Source: Croceibacterium sp.
GTDB lineage: Bacteria > Pseudomonadota > Alphaproteobacteria > Sphingomonadales > Sphingomonadaceae
Assembly (NCBI GenBank): GCA_035626815.1
Contig: DASPMY010000030.1
Location: forward strand, 1,903-65,902
Direction: 5' to 3'
Length of the DNA: 64,000 bases
Shown in pieces: positions 1-9,860 of the stretch. Within the stretch, counting starts at the first letter, position 1, and each line of letters starts with the position of its first letter. A program made the position numbers and the translations under genes. The notes under the pieces were generated by a model. The model ran no database searches and was not told where the DNA came from. It worked only from the letters and a program-made list of their open reading frames with translations.

Positions 1-455
1 ACGCGCTGTGCCGCACGAGCTTGCCCGACATCTTGGCGATCGGCGACTGCGCGGCCCACGCAAACCGCTTCGCCGACGGTGCAATCATCCGGCTTGAGAG
101 CGTCCAGAACGCCAACGACATGGCCTTAACGGCGGCCAAGGCGATCTGCGGAAAGGCGGAGCCCTACGACGCAACCCCGTGGTTCTGGTCCAATCAATAC
201 GACCTCAAGCTGCAGACGGTTGGCCTGAGCGCCGGTCACGACCAGGCGATAACGCGCGGCTCACCGCCCGATCGGAGCTTCTCGGTCGTCTATCTCAGGC
301 AGGAGCGGGTCATCGCGCTGGACTGCGTCAATGCGGTCAAGGACTACGTTCAAGGCCGCAAGCTGGTCGAGGCAGGCGCATGGGTGAATCCGGCTTTGCT
401 TGCTGATGCGGGTACCCCGCTGAAGGAGCTGAACACTAGCTCCCCCGTCGCTTGA
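1..455 (+). CDS. FAD-dependent ferredoxin/rubredoxin-NAD(P)+ reductase, C-terminal part; 5' end lies outside the window
   Basis: The frame is open from the window edge. It contains 'LAIGDCAAH' (GD motif of pyridine-nucleotide-disulfide oxidoreductases) and '[16 protein letters not shown]', typical of the putidaredoxin-reductase C-terminal domain. The stop overlaps the pobA start. Confidence 0.8.
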   Translation, partial: ALCRTSLPDILAIGDCAAHANRFADGAIIRLESVQNANDMALTAAKAICGKAEPYDATPWFWSNQYDLKLQTVGLSAGHDQAITRGSPPDRSFSVVYLRQERVIALDCVNAVKDYVQGRKLVEAGAWVNPALLADAGTPLKELNTSSPVA

Positions 456-1618
456 AAACGCAGGTCTGCATCATCGGCGCGGGGCCCGCCGGCCTGCTGC
501 TCGGCCACCTGCTGCGCGCCGAGGGTGTCGCGTGCGTGGTGCTCGAGCGGCAGACGCCGGGCTACGTGCTCGGCCGCATCCGCGCGGGCGTGCTCGAGCA
601 GATCACCGTTTCACTTATGGAACGGCTCGGGCTCCACGCGCGGCTCAAGGCTGAAGGCCTGCCGCACGACGGCTTCAACCTGGCCGACGGCGAGCGGCTG
701 ATCCGCATCGACATCGCCGGGCTGACCGGCAAGCAGGTCACCGTTTACGGCCAGACCGAGCTGACCCGCGACCTGATGGAAGCGCGCGAGGCGCGCGGAC
801 TGGAGGTGATCTACTCCGCCGGCGACGTGGCGCTCCACGCCATCGACGGCGACACGCCGTTCGTCACTTTCACCCGCGACGGCCGCGAGGAGCGGATCGA
901 CTGCCGGATCGTGGTCGGCTGCGACGGCTACCATGGGCCCAGCCGCCAGGCTGTGCTGGGGCGCGGCACCGAGTACCACCGCGAGTACCCATTCGGCTGG
1001 CTCGGCATCCTGGCCGACGTGCCGCCGTGCCATCACGAGCTGATCTACTCGCACCACGCACGCGGCTTCGCGCTCGCCTCGATGCGCAGCGAGACTCGCA
1101 GCCGGTATTACGTCGACGTGCCGCTGAGCGAACGGATCGAGGACTGGCCCGACGAGCGGATCTGGGACGAGCTGGCGCTGCGGCTGCCCGACGAAGCCGC
1201 TTCGCGCGTGACCCGCGGCCCGGCGCTGGAGAAGTCGATTGCCCCGCTCCGCTCCTACGTGTTCGCGCCGATGCGCCACGGCTCGCTGCTGCTGTGCGGC
1301 GACGCCGCGCACATCGTGCCGCCGACCGGCGCGAAGGGGCTGAATCTGGCAGCCAGCGACGTGCACTACGCCGCCGAGGCATTGACCGCGTTCTTCAAGC
1401 AGAACGATGCGGACGCCATTGCCGGCTACTCGGACAAGGCACTGGCGCGGGTGTGGAAGGCGGAAAGGTTCAGCTGGTCGCTGACCCGGCTGCTCCACCG
1501 TTTCCCGGAGGACGGGCCGTTCGAGCGCGCGATGCAGCTGGCCGAGCTCGACTACATCGCGGCAAGCCGAGCGGCGCAGACCTCAATCGCGGAGAATTAC
1601 GTGGGGCTGCAAGTGTGA
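452..1618 (+). CDS. pobA: 4-hydroxybenzoate 3-monooxygenase
   Basis: 388 aa. N-terminal '[17 protein letters not shown]' FAD fold. Full-length resemblance to PobA ('[10 protein letters not shown]', '[21 protein letters not shown]'). Confidence 0.9.
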   Translation: MKTQVCIIGAGPAGLLLGHLLRAEGVACVVLERQTPGYVLGRIRAGVLEQITVSLMERLGLHARLKAEGLPHDGFNLADGERLIRIDIAGLTGKQVTVYGQTELTRDLMEAREARGLEVIYSAGDVALHAIDGDTPFVTFTRDGREERIDCRIVVGCDGYHGPSRQAVLGRGTEYHREYPFGWLGILADVPPCHHELIYSHHARGFALASMRSETRSRYYVDVPLSERIEDWPDERIWDELALRLPDEAASRVTRGPALEKSIAPLRSYVFAPMRHGSLLLCGDAAHIVPPTGAKGLNLAASDVHYAAEALTAFFKQNDADAIAGYSDKALARVWKAERFSWSLTRLLHRFPEDGPFERAMQLAELDYIAASRAAQTSIAENYVGLQV

Positions 1619-1958
1619 GCACAGGCTGTCGTCGAGCTTCAACGGAGGCTTTCCTCACCTCACGCTCAGGATCGGAGCGACTGCTATCGGCCATAGGTTG
1701 GATTCCTTCAGCCTATTCGGTCTAAGCTCGTCATGGACCGGCCTCGATCACGGTTGCCTTTATGGCTGATCTTATCCCTCGACCCAAGAATCGAAGCATT
1801 TTCGCGTATGAACGCGCCGGATTGACTCTTCTCCGTCTCCGCCAGATGCCAAGCCCTCCCGCAGGCGGGTTTCTTGTGGGTGAATCGCCGCGCGAGGCCC
1901 CCTCGGGTTGTCGCCGCTCTGGCGATTGCGATAAGCCAGCCCCGATCGGGAGGATCGG

Positions 1959-2582
1959 GTGATTCTAGCTGCCGCCAAAGCCGCCGTTGCCGTGACGCTG
2001 GCCACGCTGGCCGCTGCCCCGCTCCACGCCGACGTGCTCGAGATCGGCGCCGGCGGCGAGGCGCGGTGGATCGCCGGGCCGCAGGCGCGCGCGCTCGTCG
2101 AAGCGCCCGGCGCGCCGGCCGGCGAGGTCCCGGCGGAAGCGTCGCGGATCGCCGGCCCCGCCGCGACTGGCCTCGCTCACCGCGCGGTCCCGCCGGCCTA
2201 TGCCGCCAAAGTCGCCGAGCTGGCGGCCCGCTTCGACCTGAGCCCGGCGCTGATCGAGGCGCTGGTGTGGCAGGAAAGCCGCTGGCGGCCCGCGGCGGTG
2301 TCGCCGGCCGGCGCGCGCGGCCTCGCCCAGCTGATGCCCGGCACGGCGCGCGAGATGGGCGTCGACCCCGATGATCCGTTCGCCAACCTCGAGGGCGGCG
2401 CGCGCTACTTGCGCGAGCAGCTCGACCGGTTCGGCGGCGATGTCGAGAAGGCGCTCGCCGCCTACAACGCCGGGCCCGGCCGGGTCCAGGCGGCGAACGG
2501 CATCCCGCGCATTCGCGAAACCCAGAATTACGTCGCCTCGATCATGGGGCGGCTGTCGGATCAAGCCCGGAGTTCGGAATAG
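1959..2582 (+). CDS. virB1: VirB1-like lytic transglycosylase (SLT domain)
   Basis: Signal peptide. SLT motifs 'WQESRW...GLAQLMPGTA...AYNAGPGRV'. GGGAGGA RBS before the GTG start. First gene of the virB block. Confidence 0.8.
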   Translation: MILAAAKAAVAVTLATLAAAPLHADVLEIGAGGEARWIAGPQARALVEAPGAPAGEVPAEASRIAGPAATGLAHRAVPPAYAAKVAELAARFDLSPALIEALVWQESRWRPAAVSPAGARGLAQLMPGTAREMGVDPDDPFANLEGGARYLREQLDRFGGDVEKALAAYNAGPGRVQAANGIPRIRETQNYVASIMGRLSDQARSSE

Positions 2583-2879
2583 ATGCGCTCGATCTTTCGC
2601 CTTGCCGCCGTTGCGGCTCTGCTTCTCCCCGGCGCCGCCCACGCGCAGGATCCCGCCGGTTCCGGGCCGATCGTCGCCGCGCTGGCGTGGCTGCAGGGCA
2701 CGCTGCTCGGCAACGTCGCCACCGCGGTCGCGGTGATGGCGGTCGCCGCGGTCGGCTTCATGATGCTGACCGGGCGGATGAACTGGCGCTTCGGCGCGAC
2801 CGTGATCATCGGCTGCTTCATCCTCTTCGGCGCCGCCTCGATCGTCGCCGGCATCCAGTCGGCCGCGGCGGTCGGCTAG
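2583..2879 (+). CDS. virB2: VirB2/TrbC-type T4SS pilin
   Basis: 98 aa with a signal peptide and two hydrophobic helices. Position is between virB1 and virB3. Confidence 0.75.
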   Translation: MRSIFRLAAVAALLLPGAAHAQDPAGSGPIVAALAWLQGTLLGNVATAVAVMAVAAVGFMMLTGRMNWRFGATVIIGCFILFGAASIVAGIQSAAAVG

Positions 2880-2882
2880 ACC

Positions 2883-3164
2883 GTGGAGCTGGTCCGCCAC
2901 CCCGTGCATCGCGCGCTGACGCGGCCGCAGATGTTCGCCGGGGTGACCTACAACTACTTCATCATCAACGCCGCCGTGACGACCGAGCTGTTCCTGGTCA
3001 CGGGCAGCTTCCTGGCGCTGCCGGCGGCGGTGGTGATCCACGGCATCGGCTATTTCGCCTGCCTGCGCGAGCCGCGGATATTCGATCTGTGGCTGACCAG
3101 GGTCAGCAAGTGCCCGCGGGTGAAAAACTTCAAGCGCTGGGGCTGCAACAGCTACGCCGCCTGA
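2883..3164 (+). CDS. virB3: VirB3 T4SS protein
   Basis: 93 aa. 'HRALTRPQMFAGV...' VirB3-type motif and a TM segment. Lies immediately upstream of virB4. Confidence 0.8.
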   Translation: MELVRHPVHRALTRPQMFAGVTYNYFIINAAVTTELFLVTGSFLALPAAVVIHGIGYFACLREPRIFDLWLTRVSKCPRVKNFKRWGCNSYAA

Positions 3165-3204
3165 GCGAAAACCGTCCGCTACGGGACGGGAGGGGAGCGA
3201 ATTG

Positions 3205-5643
3205 ATGACGACCAAGTGGCTCGGCGCCGCCGCGTGGAGCGCTCGCGAGGCGCACGCCGGCGACCGGCTGCCTTATGCCCGGCTGGTCGACCCGCACACC
3301 CTGCTGCTGCGCGACGGCTCGCTGATGAGCGCGCTGCAAGTGCCCGGGCTGCTGTTCGAGACCGAGGATACCGACGCGCTCAACAGCCAAGCGGCGATGC
3401 GCGAGGTGATGCTGCGCTCGAACCTCGACGCGCGCTTCGCGCTCTATCACCACGTCGTGCGGCGCGGCGTGTCGGTCGCGCTCGAGGCGCGCTTCGACGA
3501 CCCGCTCGCGGCGCACATCGACCGCCGCTGGCGCGACAAGCTTTCGCGAGACCCGCTGTTCGTCAACGACCAGTTCGTCACCCTCGTCCGGCGCCCGGCG
3601 CGGGGCAAGGCGGGGCTGGCCGAGCGCGCCGGCAAGCTGCTGCGCCGGCGCCGCGAGCAGCTCGAGGCCGACCCGCGCGAGCTGCGGTCCTTGCGCGCCG
3701 CCTGCCAGGCGCTCGCCGCCGCGCTCGGCGACTACGGCGCGCAGCCGCTCGGCGACTACGTCGGTCCGAGCGGCCAGACCAACAACGAGCTGCTCGAGAT
3801 GCTGTCGGCCCTCTACAACGGCGAGATGCGCCCGGTGCGCCGGCCCGACGAAACGGCCGACGTCGGCCGCATGCTGCCCTATCGCCGGGCCAGCTTCGGG
3901 CTCGACGCGATGGAGCTGCGGGGTTCGGCGGGGCGCGATTTCGCCGCCATCCTCAGCCTCAAGGACTATCCCGACGCGACCTCGCCCGGCCTGCTCGACG
4001 CGGTGCTGCGACTGCCGTTCGAGATGGTCGTGACCGAGAGCTTCGCGCCGCAGGAGCGGCAGAGCGCGCGCGAGCGGATCGACCTGGCGCTGCGCCGGCT
4101 GCGCTCGGCCGACGAGGAAGCGCTGGCCGAGCGGGCCGAGATGCTCGCCGCGCGCGACGGGCTCGGCAGCGGCGCGGTGGCGTTCGGCGACCACCACCTG
4201 GCGGTGCTGGTGCGCGAAAGCGACCTGGCCCGGCTCGACGAGGCGAGCGCCGCGGTCGGCGCCGCGCTCGCCGACAGCGGCGCGATCGTGGTGCGCGAGG
4301 ACACCAACCTCGAACCCGCGTTCTGGGGCCAGTTCCCCGGCAACGAGGCGTTCCTGGTGCGCCGCGCGCTGATCTCGACCGCCAACATGGCCAGCTTCGG
4401 CTCGCTCCACGGCTTCGCGCTCGGCCAGGCCGAGGGCAACCACTGGGGCGATGCGGTCACGCTGCTCGAGACGACCAGCGCGACGCCGTTCTTCTTCAAC
4501 TTCCACCACGGCGACCTCGGCAACTTCTCGGTCATCGGCCCGTCGGGCTCGGGCAAGACGGTGGCGCTCAACTTCCTCGCCGCGCAGGCGCAGAAGTTCA
4601 GCCCCCGCACGATCCTGTTCGACAAGGACCGCGGCGGCGAGCTGTTCGTGCGCGGCATCGGCGGCCGCTACGACCGCATCCGCGCCGGCGAGCCGACTGG
4701 CTTCAATCCCCTCGCCCTGCCCGACAGCCCGGCCAACCGCGCCTTCCTGCGCGACTGGCTGGCGGTGCTGCTCGAGGCCGACGGGCCCGAGGAGCTGGCG
4801 ACGATCGCCGGGGCGGTCGACGCCGCTTACGCCAACGACGCCTCGCTGCGCCGGCTGCGCCACTTCCGCGAGCTGCTCTCGGGCGCGCGCCGGCCCGAGC
4901 CCGGCGACCTCGCCGACCGGCTCGCGGCATGGATCGGCGCCGATGGCGGCGATGGGGGCGAGCACGCCTGGCTGTTCGACAACGCCGCCGACCGGCTCGA
5001 CCTGTCGGCGCGCGTGATCGGGTTCGACATGACCGCGCTGCTCGACAGCCCGCGGCTGCGCACGCCGACGATGATGTACCTGTTCCACCGCATCGACGAG
5101 CGGCTCGACGGCAGCCCGGCGATGATCCTCATCGACGAGGGCTGGAAGGCGCTCGACGACGCGGTCTTCGCCGCGCGCATCCGCGACTGGCTGAAGACGC
5201 TGAGGAAGCGCAACGCGCTGGTCGGGTTCGCCACCCAGTCGGCGCGCGACGCGCTCGACAGCCGCATCGCCACCGCGCTGGTCGAGCAGACCGCGACGAT
5301 GATCTTCATGCCCAACGCCCGCGCCCGGGCCGAGGACTATTGCGACGGCTTCGGCCTGACCGCGCACGAGCTGGCGCTGATCCGCGGCCTGCCCGCGCAC
5401 AGCCGCGCGTTCCTGGTCCGCCAGCCGGACGCGAGCGTGGTCGTCCGGCTCGACTTGTCGGGCGCGCCCGAGGTGCTGACGATGCTGTCGGGCCGCGAGA
5501 GCGCGGTGCGCCGGCTCGACGTGCTGCGCGAGGCGCTCGGCGACGATCCCGCCGACTGGTACCCGCCGCTGACCGGCCGCGCCTGGCCGGGCGTAAAGCC
5601 GGAGGACGAGGCCGACTTCGCCGCGTGGGAGGTCGCCGAGTGA
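3205..5643 (+). CDS. virB4: VirB4 T4SS ATPase
   Basis: ~812 aa. Walker A 'GPSGSGKT' and Walker B-like 'MILIDEGW'. An ATG with a GGGAGGGGAG RBS was chosen over the TTG at 3202. Confidence 0.95.
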   Translation: MTTKWLGAAAWSAREAHAGDRLPYARLVDPHTLLLRDGSLMSALQVPGLLFETEDTDALNSQAAMREVMLRSNLDARFALYHHVVRRGVSVALEARFDDPLAAHIDRRWRDKLSRDPLFVNDQFVTLVRRPARGKAGLAERAGKLLRRRREQLEADPRELRSLRAACQALAAALGDYGAQPLGDYVGPSGQTNNELLEMLSALYNGEMRPVRRPDETADVGRMLPYRRASFGLDAMELRGSAGRDFAAILSLKDYPDATSPGLLDAVLRLPFEMVVTESFAPQERQSARERIDLALRRLRSADEEALAERAEMLAARDGLGSGAVAFGDHHLAVLVRESDLARLDEASAAVGAALADSGAIVVREDTNLEPAFWGQFPGNEAFLVRRALISTANMASFGSLHGFALGQAEGNHWGDAVTLLETTSATPFFFNFHHGDLGNFSVIGPSGSGKTVALNFLAAQAQKFSPRTILFDKDRGGELFVRGIGGRYDRIRAGEPTGFNPLALPDSPANRAFLRDWLAVLLEADGPEELATIAGAVDAAYANDASLRRLRHFRELLSGARRPEPGDLADRLAAWIGADGGDGGEHAWLFDNAADRLDLSARVIGFDMTALLDSPRLRTPTMMYLFHRIDERLDGSPAMILIDEGWKALDDAVFAARIRDWLKTLRKRNALVGFATQSARDALDSRIATALVEQTATMIFMPNARARAEDYCDGFGLTAHELALIRGLPAHSRAFLVRQPDASVVVRLDLSGAPEVLTMLSGRESAVRRLDVLREALGDDPADWYPPLTGRAWPGVKPEDEADFAAWEVAE

Positions 5644-6803
5644 GCGCGGCCTACTGCCAGCAGGCGATGGACGGCGTGGGCAGCGGCGTCGCCGCCAGCC
5701 TGCGCGCGGTCGATTGCGCGGCCGGCTCGATGGCCGAGACCGCGTTCGGGCGGCTGTTCGGCAGCGAGGGGGCGCTCGTTCCCGCGCTGACCGCGCTGCT
5801 GACGCTCTACGTCGCGTTCTTCGCGCTGGCGTTGCTCACCGGACGCACCCGGCTCGGGCTCGCCGCGCTGACGCCGCGGATGATCACCGTCGGGCTGGTG
5901 CTGACGTTCGCCACCAGCTGGATCGCCTACCAGTCGCTGGTGTGGAACCTCGCGGTCGGCGGGCCCGATCAGCTCGCCGCGCTGCTGACCGGGGTGGACG
6001 GTTCGGCGACGCAAGTCTTCGCCGACAAGATCGACATCGTGTTCAAGGCGCTGGTCGATTCGACCGGCTCGGCCCCGGGCACGGATAGCGCCGCGACGTT
6101 CTCGCCGCCCGGGCTGCTGTGGCTCGGCGGGACGCTGCTGCTGCTCGGCACCGCCGGGGTTCTGGCGACCAGCAAGATTGCGCTGGCGATCCTCCTCGGG
6201 CTCGGCCCGGTGTTCGTCGTTCTGGCGCTGTTCCCGGCGACGCGCGGACTGTTCGCCGGGTGGCTCAAGGGCGTGGTGCTGCTGGCGATCACGCCGCTGT
6301 TCGCGGTGCTCGGCGGTTCGCTGATGCTCGATTTGTCGGTGCCGGTGCTGCGCGCACTGGCCGAGCACCCCGGCGCGATCGACGCCCGCGCGGCGATGGC
6401 GTTCTTCATGATCGGCGCCGTCCATGTCGCGCTGATGATCATGGTGCTCAAGGTCGCCGGAACGATCGTCGCCGGGTGGAACGTGTTCGGCGCCCGCCGC
6501 GGCGAGGACGGCGAGGGCACGGCGCGGGCGGCCGCCGCGGCCGTCCGCGCCGCGGCACCGCCCGTGCCGCTGCTCCGGCCCGAGCCCGCCCGTGCCGCCG
6601 CTCCCGCGCCGTCGCGCGAGGTCAGGCTCGCGCGCACCGCGCTCGTGGCCGCCAACGACGGGGCCGTCACCGCCGGCCCGGCGCGCCGCGAGACCCGGGT
6701 CCTGCCTGCCGCCGCGGCGGCCGGCGCGTCCCCGTCGCGCACGCGCGGCCTCGGCAGCCGCTTCCGCTCTGCCCCCCTCAGATCGACGGAGAAGTTCCGA
6801 TGA
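5640..6803 (+). CDS. virB6: VirB6/TrbL-like polytopic inner-membrane T4SS protein with an Ala/Pro/Arg-rich C-terminal tail
   Basis: GTG start in a GTGA overlap with the virB4 stop. It has multiple TM helices. Position matches virB6. It sits inside a longer spurious ORF (3216..6803). Confidence 0.7.
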   Translation: MSAAYCQQAMDGVGSGVAASLRAVDCAAGSMAETAFGRLFGSEGALVPALTALLTLYVAFFALALLTGRTRLGLAALTPRMITVGLVLTFATSWIAYQSLVWNLAVGGPDQLAALLTGVDGSATQVFADKIDIVFKALVDSTGSAPGTDSAATFSPPGLLWLGGTLLLLGTAGVLATSKIALAILLGLGPVFVVLALFPATRGLFAGWLKGVVLLAITPLFAVLGGSLMLDLSVPVLRALAEHPGAIDARAAMAFFMIGAVHVALMIMVLKVAGTIVAGWNVFGARRGEDGEGTARAAAAAVRAAAPPVPLLRPEPARAAAPAPSREVRLARTALVAANDGAVTAGPARRETRVLPAAAAAGASPSRTRGLGSRFRSAPLRSTEKFR

Positions 6804-7600
6804 CCCGCGTCCTGCTCGCCGCAGCGCTGCTGTCCGCCGCCGCCTTGGCCGCTCCGGCGCAGGCCGACGAACGCCTGGTCGAGCGGCTCTACAATCCGGC
6901 CGAGGTCGTGCTGATCGAGGGCAGGACCAACGTCCAGGCGACGATCCGCTTCGGCGCGGACGAGCACATCGAGAACGTCGCCATCGGCGATTCGACCAAG
7001 TGGCAGGTGACGCCCAACCGGCGCGCCAACCTGCTGTTCGTCAAGCCGCTGAGCGAGCGGGCGGCGACCAACATGACCGTCGTCACCGACCGCCACACCT
7101 ACCTGTTCGACCTCGTGGCGAGCCCGGCGCACCGCGCGCCGCTGTACGTGCTCGCGTTCACCTATCCCGCCGAACCGGCGGCGGAGCGGGCCGGCGCAGG
7201 CCCGCTCGCTCCGCGCGACGAGCCGAACGCGGTCGAGCTGGCCGCGGCGAGCGATCCGTACGCGGTGGTCGATCCGGCGGAACTGAACTTCGCCTGGGAG
7301 GCCAGGGGCGAGCGCAAGCTGCTCCCGGCGCAAGTCTATGACGACGGCCAGGCGACGTTCCTCACCTGGCCGGCCGGCACGCCGCTGCCGGCGATCCTGA
7401 TCAAGGACCACAAGGGCACCGAGGGCCCGGTCAACTTCGCCGTGCGCGGCGAGGTGATCGTGGTCGACGGGGTGCCGCGCGAGATCGTGCTGCGCTCGGG
7501 CCGGGACCAGGCGACGCTGTCCAACCAGGGTCCGGCGCGCGCAGCGGCGCTGGCGCCGGCCGCGCTGGCCCAGGCCGGCCCGGCAACGGAGGTCAAGTGA
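6800..7600 (+). CDS. virB9: VirB9 T4SS outer-membrane core protein
   Basis: ATGA overlap with the virB6 stop. Signal peptide 'LLSAAALAAPAQA'. VirB9/TrbG-type N- and C-terminal domains ('TNMTVVTDRHTYLFDL'). Confidence 0.85.
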   Translation: MTRVLLAAALLSAAALAAPAQADERLVERLYNPAEVVLIEGRTNVQATIRFGADEHIENVAIGDSTKWQVTPNRRANLLFVKPLSERAATNMTVVTDRHTYLFDLVASPAHRAPLYVLAFTYPAEPAAERAGAGPLAPRDEPNAVELAAASDPYAVVDPAELNFAWEARGERKLLPAQVYDDGQATFLTWPAGTPLPAILIKDHKGTEGPVNFAVRGEVIVVDGVPREIVLRSGRDQATLSNQGPARAAALAPAALAQAGPATEVK

Positions 7601-8718
7601 TGAAGCTCGCCATGCGCCTCCCCGAGAAGTACGGCCGCGCCGCCAACGACAGCGACCCGCGCGACGGCGCCCCGGCCGAGGTGATCGACCTCGCCAGCCG
7701 CACCGCCTACCCGGTGGTCGGCCAGCGCAAGGGCCGCTCGGACGCGGTGACGCTCGCCGCCGGAGTCGGCTTCGTCGCGCTGCTCGGCGCGGCGACGCTG
7801 CTCGGGCTCGACTCGGCGCGGATGGACGAGGCGCAGCCGGCCGTTGCCGCCGCGCCGGCCCGGCCCGCCGTCGCTCCGCTGGTGGCTCCGGCGCAAGGCG
7901 ATCCGGCCGCGCTCGTCGCGCCGGACACGGGCGCGCCGGGCGATCCGGCGCCGGCGCCGGTGCTCGCGGCGGCGCCCAACTACGCCCCGCTGGCGGCGCC
8001 GAACCCGTTCGCCTCGCCGACGCTGCTGACCGACAACTACGCGCTGCCCGCGCCGGCCGCTGCGGCGCCCGCGGCTGCCGCGACCGCGCCCGCCGCCGCG
8101 ACCGGCGGCGGCAGCGCGAGCGATTTCGCCAGCCGCATCGGCGGGGTCGGCGGCGCCCCGGCGCAGGCGCGCGGCGACGTCGACCCGCAGACCACGCTGA
8201 CGCAGGGGACGATGATCCCCGCGGTGCTCGAGACCGCGATCAACACCGACGTGCCGGGCTACGTCCGCGCGGTGGTCAGCCAGGACGTGCGCAGCTTCGA
8301 CGGCAGCCGCATCCTCGTGCCGCGCAGCTCGCGGCTGATCGGCCAGTACCAGAGCGGGCTGCAGGCCGGGCAGAAGCGCGCCTACGTCATCTGGACGCGG
8401 CTGATCCGGCCCGACGGGGTGTCGGTCGCGCTCGCCTCGCCGGGCACCGCGTTCGACGGCAGCGGCGGGCTGCCGGGCAAGGTCGACAACCACTTCTTCG
8501 AGCGCTTCGGCAGCTCGATGCTGCTGTCGGTGATCGGCGGGCTGAGCGCGGTCGCCAGCGGCGTCCCCTCGGTGTTCGTCGGCAGCGGGCAGGGCGCGGC
8601 CAGCCCGGCGCTCGAGCAGGCCGGGCAGATCGGCCCGACGATCCGCGTGCGCATGGGCGAGCCGATCCGCGTGTTCACCGCGCGCGACCTCGACTTCTCG
8701 CAGGCTCCGCGGCTCTAG
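7600..8718 (+). CDS. virB10: VirB10 T4SS core protein
   Basis: The start overlaps the virB9 stop. It has an N-terminal TM segment, a Pro/Ala-rich linker and a conserved C-terminal domain ('GTMIPAVLETAINTD...YVIWTRLIRPDG'). Confidence 0.9.
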   Translation: MKLAMRLPEKYGRAANDSDPRDGAPAEVIDLASRTAYPVVGQRKGRSDAVTLAAGVGFVALLGAATLLGLDSARMDEAQPAVAAAPARPAVAPLVAPAQGDPAALVAPDTGAPGDPAPAPVLAAAPNYAPLAAPNPFASPTLLTDNYALPAPAAAAPAAAATAPAAATGGGSASDFASRIGGVGGAPAQARGDVDPQTTLTQGTMIPAVLETAINTDVPGYVRAVVSQDVRSFDGSRILVPRSSRLIGQYQSGLQAGQKRAYVIWTRLIRPDGVSVALASPGTAFDGSGGLPGKVDNHFFERFGSSMLLSVIGGLSAVASGVPSVFVGSGQGAASPALEQAGQIGPTIRVRMGEPIRVFTARDLDFSQAPRL

Positions 8719-8719
8719 G

Positions 8720-9724
8720 GTGGGCGCCGAAGTCCACCGATTGCTCGGCGACGAGCCCGAGCCGCCGCCGGCGGCGAGCGGCAGCGTCTATCTCGACGCC
8801 TACCTCGCCCCGTTCCGCCGCTGGCTCGAGCGCGACACGGTGACCGAGATCATCGTCAATCGCCCCGGCGAGTTGTGGATCGAGGACGCCGGCCAGGCGG
8901 GGATGGAGCGGATCGAGGCGCCGGAGATCGACGACAAGCTGGTCCAGCGGCTCGCCGAGCAGGTCGCCCGGGTCAGCCACCAGGGCATCAACCGCGAGCA
9001 CCCGCTACTCGGGGCGACGCTGCCCGACGGCGCGCGCATCCAGTTCTGCGGCCCGCCGGCGACGCGGCGGCACTGGGCGATGGCGATCCGCCGCCACCGC
9101 CGCCTCGACCTGCCGCTCGACGCCTACGACGCCGGGCCGCTGAGGCCGCCGCGCGAGGCGCCGATGCCCGACATGGCGGCCGAGCCGATCGCGTTCCTGC
9201 GCGCGGCGATCGCGGCGCGCAAGACGATCCTCATCTCCGGCGGCACCTCGACCGGCAAGACGACGTTCCTCAACGCGATGCTCGGCGAGATCCCGCCAGG
9301 CGAGCGGGTGATCGTGGTCGAGGACACCCCCGAGCTGCGCCTGCCCGGGGCCAACGGCGTCGGCCTGGTCGCGGTCAAGGGCGAGCTCGGCGAGGCCAAG
9401 GTCACCGCCAACGAGCTGCTGCAATCGGCGCTGCGGCTGCGCCCCGACCGCATCGTGCTCGGCGAGCTGCGCGGGGCCGAGAGCGTCAGCTTCCTGCGCG
9501 CGATCAACACCGGCCACCCGGGCAGCTTCTCGACGATCCATGCCAACAGCTTGCGCGGCGCGCTCGACCAGCTGGCGCTGATGGTGATGCAGACCGGCAT
9601 CGGCCTGAGCCGCGCCGACACGATCGCCTACGCCGCCTCGGTGATCGACGTCGTCGTCCAGCTCGAGCGCACCGGCGGCCGGCGCGGCGTCAGCGCCATC
9701 GCCTGGAGCGGGGAGCTTCTTTAG
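8720..9724 (+). CDS. virB11: VirB11 T4SS secretion ATPase
   Basis: 334 aa. Walker A 'GGTSTGKTT', 'VVEDTPEL', 'GELRG', 'NTGHPGSFSTIHAN'. Confidence 0.95.
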   Translation: MGAEVHRLLGDEPEPPPAASGSVYLDAYLAPFRRWLERDTVTEIIVNRPGELWIEDAGQAGMERIEAPEIDDKLVQRLAEQVARVSHQGINREHPLLGATLPDGARIQFCGPPATRRHWAMAIRRHRRLDLPLDAYDAGPLRPPREAPMPDMAAEPIAFLRAAIAARKTILISGGTSTGKTTFLNAMLGEIPPGERVIVVEDTPELRLPGANGVGLVAVKGELGEAKVTANELLQSALRLRPDRIVLGELRGAESVSFLRAINTGHPGSFSTIHANSLRGALDQLALMVMQTGIGLSRADTIAYAASVIDVVVQLERTGGRRGVSAIAWSGELL

Positions 9725-9810
9725 CCCCTCCCCTTCAGGGAGGGGTTGGGGTGGGGAATGTGCGGCCTGACACTCCCCACCCCCCGACCCCCTCCCCTGA
9801 AGGGGAGGGG
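9725..9810. repeat. REP-like G/C-tract palindromic element (double hairpin)
   Basis: The arms 'cccctccccttcagggaggggttggggtgggg' and 'ccccaccccccgaccccctcccctgaaggggagggg' are imperfect reverse complements. Each arm is itself a hairpin. The element lies directly after the virB11 stop. Confidence 0.7.
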
Positions 9811-9860
9811 GAGAAGTTACCACCTATCGCCGATTTGCTCGTCGAACGCCCGCCCGAAGT

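Noticed and set aside
1690-1730. 'ataggttggattccttcagcc' resembles a tRNA T-loop (GGTTCGAATCC), hinting at a tRNA-fragment att site at the T4SS boundary.
   Set aside because: The T-stem pairing is poor. There is no acceptor stem or CCA context, and I found no matching direct repeat at the other end of the T4SS block. tRNAscan-SE or ARAGORN could confirm absence.
3216-6803. 1195-aa ORF spanning virB4 and virB6, plus very long antisense ORFs (e.g. 3130..5400-, 5337..6425-, 38688..43154-, 1965..3215-).
   Set aside because: These are typical high-GC shadow frames: Arg/Ala/Pro/Gly-rich, with no motifs, and overlapping genes that have clear homology. Only the 3' part of 3216..6803 (from the GTG at 5640) reads as a membrane protein.
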